Under the pieces are notes generated by a model. The model had not been told where the DNA came from. It saw nothing but the letters and a program-made list of their open reading frames with translations, and did not search any database. Below, one piece after another: positions 63,097 through 64,000 of a stretch of DNA of 64,000 nt (position 1 is the first letter of the stretch; each line of letters begins with the position of its first letter). The position numbers and the translations under genes are program-made. Location: assembly GCA_030390025.1 (NCBI GenBank), contig JASTWF010000088.1, positions 1,054,001 to 1,118,000 on the forward strand, read 5' to 3'. Origin of the DNA: Squalus acanthias (lineage: Eukaryota).

Positions 63097-63356
63097 ACTG
63101 AGATGAGAAGAAATTTCTTCACACAGAGGGTGGTGAATCTTTGGAATTCTCTACCCCAGAGGGCTGTGGAGGCTCAGTCATTGGGTATATTCAAAACAGA
63201 AGTCGATAGATTTCTGACTCGTAAGGGCATCAAGGGATATGGCAATAGGGCCGGTGAATGGAGTTGAGGCAGAAGATCAGCTATGATCTCATTGAATGGT
63301 GGAGCAGGCTCGAAGGGCCGAATGGCCGACTCCTGCTCCTATTTCTTATGTTCTTA
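63097..63356 (+). mobile_element. Short CR1 3' end with taaact flanking duplication
   Basis: FFTQRVVNLWNSLP, 3' stem-loop, ttcttatgttct tail. Confidence 0.88.
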
Positions 63357-64000
63357 AACTCTAATTCCAAACGGAGCTCAAATAAGAAAGTGAATGAAGT
63401 GGTTAAACTTCCTCAGAAGGCTGTGAGGTTATCTATCCCCAGCCTTGGCGATGAGTTGGGATCAGTTTTGGAGAAGTTGTTTCCTCTTTTTCTGCTGCCG
63501 TTCCCTTCGTCTCTCACAGACTCTGAGGTACAAACAGTAGCACAAACTTTTTCACCTCTCTCACAACATGATTTAAATAACCCTGATAGACTCTTTCAAA
63601 AAGGGGACAACACCTGGCAAAATTTAACCGGAACTTACCAGGGGACATTCAACATCACTTTCCCGTATTTTTTTCCGGCTTTAAACAATTTTCTGAATTT
63701 TTAAAAATTCTCATTTTTGTTTCACCGGGGGCCTAAAACTTGTTTGCTTTCGCCTCCTTCCAGCGGCCATTGTACATGTGCTGTGCCTCCACCTGTGTTG
63801 TTCCAAAGTGCGGCCACCGCTCAGTCCCCGGGAACAGACTACACATGTTTGGACACACCCCTCTCTCTTTCATTGTCCCAGTCTCTCTCTCCCGCCTCAG
63901 TTTCTCCCCCCTCTCTCTCTCTCTCCCCCCAGTCTTTCTCTCTCTCTCTCCCCCCCATTCTCACTCTCCCCAGCCCCTCTCTCTCCCCAGTCTCTAAGTT

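Overview
Vertebrate nuclear DNA, very probably cartilaginous fish, judged from the shark-type MHC class I sequence, Deu-domain SINEs and the CR1/L2/Penelope families. The only host gene I can support is a plus-strand MHC class I heavy-chain gene of the shark UAA lineage. Its exons are alpha1 at 11910-12170, alpha2 at 15772-16044 and alpha3 at 22909-23180, with a probable terminal exon/3'UTR at about 39476-40690. The peptide-binding groove is essentially classical. However, the alpha3 exon ends out of phase (terminal Trp shifted out of frame), a second consensus donor 37 nt downstream restores phase, intron read-through gives a short stop-terminated tail, and no leader, transmembrane or cytoplasmic exon is visible. 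The gene is therefore a candidate soluble or splice-rescued class I molecule, or a young pseudogene. The rest of the window is nested transposons: many CR1s (one with a 54-bp monomer array at its 5' end), L2, Penelope fragments with hammerhead motifs, a full-length dead Tigger plus its own MITE, Harbinger MITEs and a transposase fragment, and DeuSINEs. There are also about ten minisatellite/low-complexity arrays, three N gaps, and a CpG-rich ZNF143/Sp1/NRF1-type promoter at about 57.1 kb. All calls were made by eye; no database searches were run.
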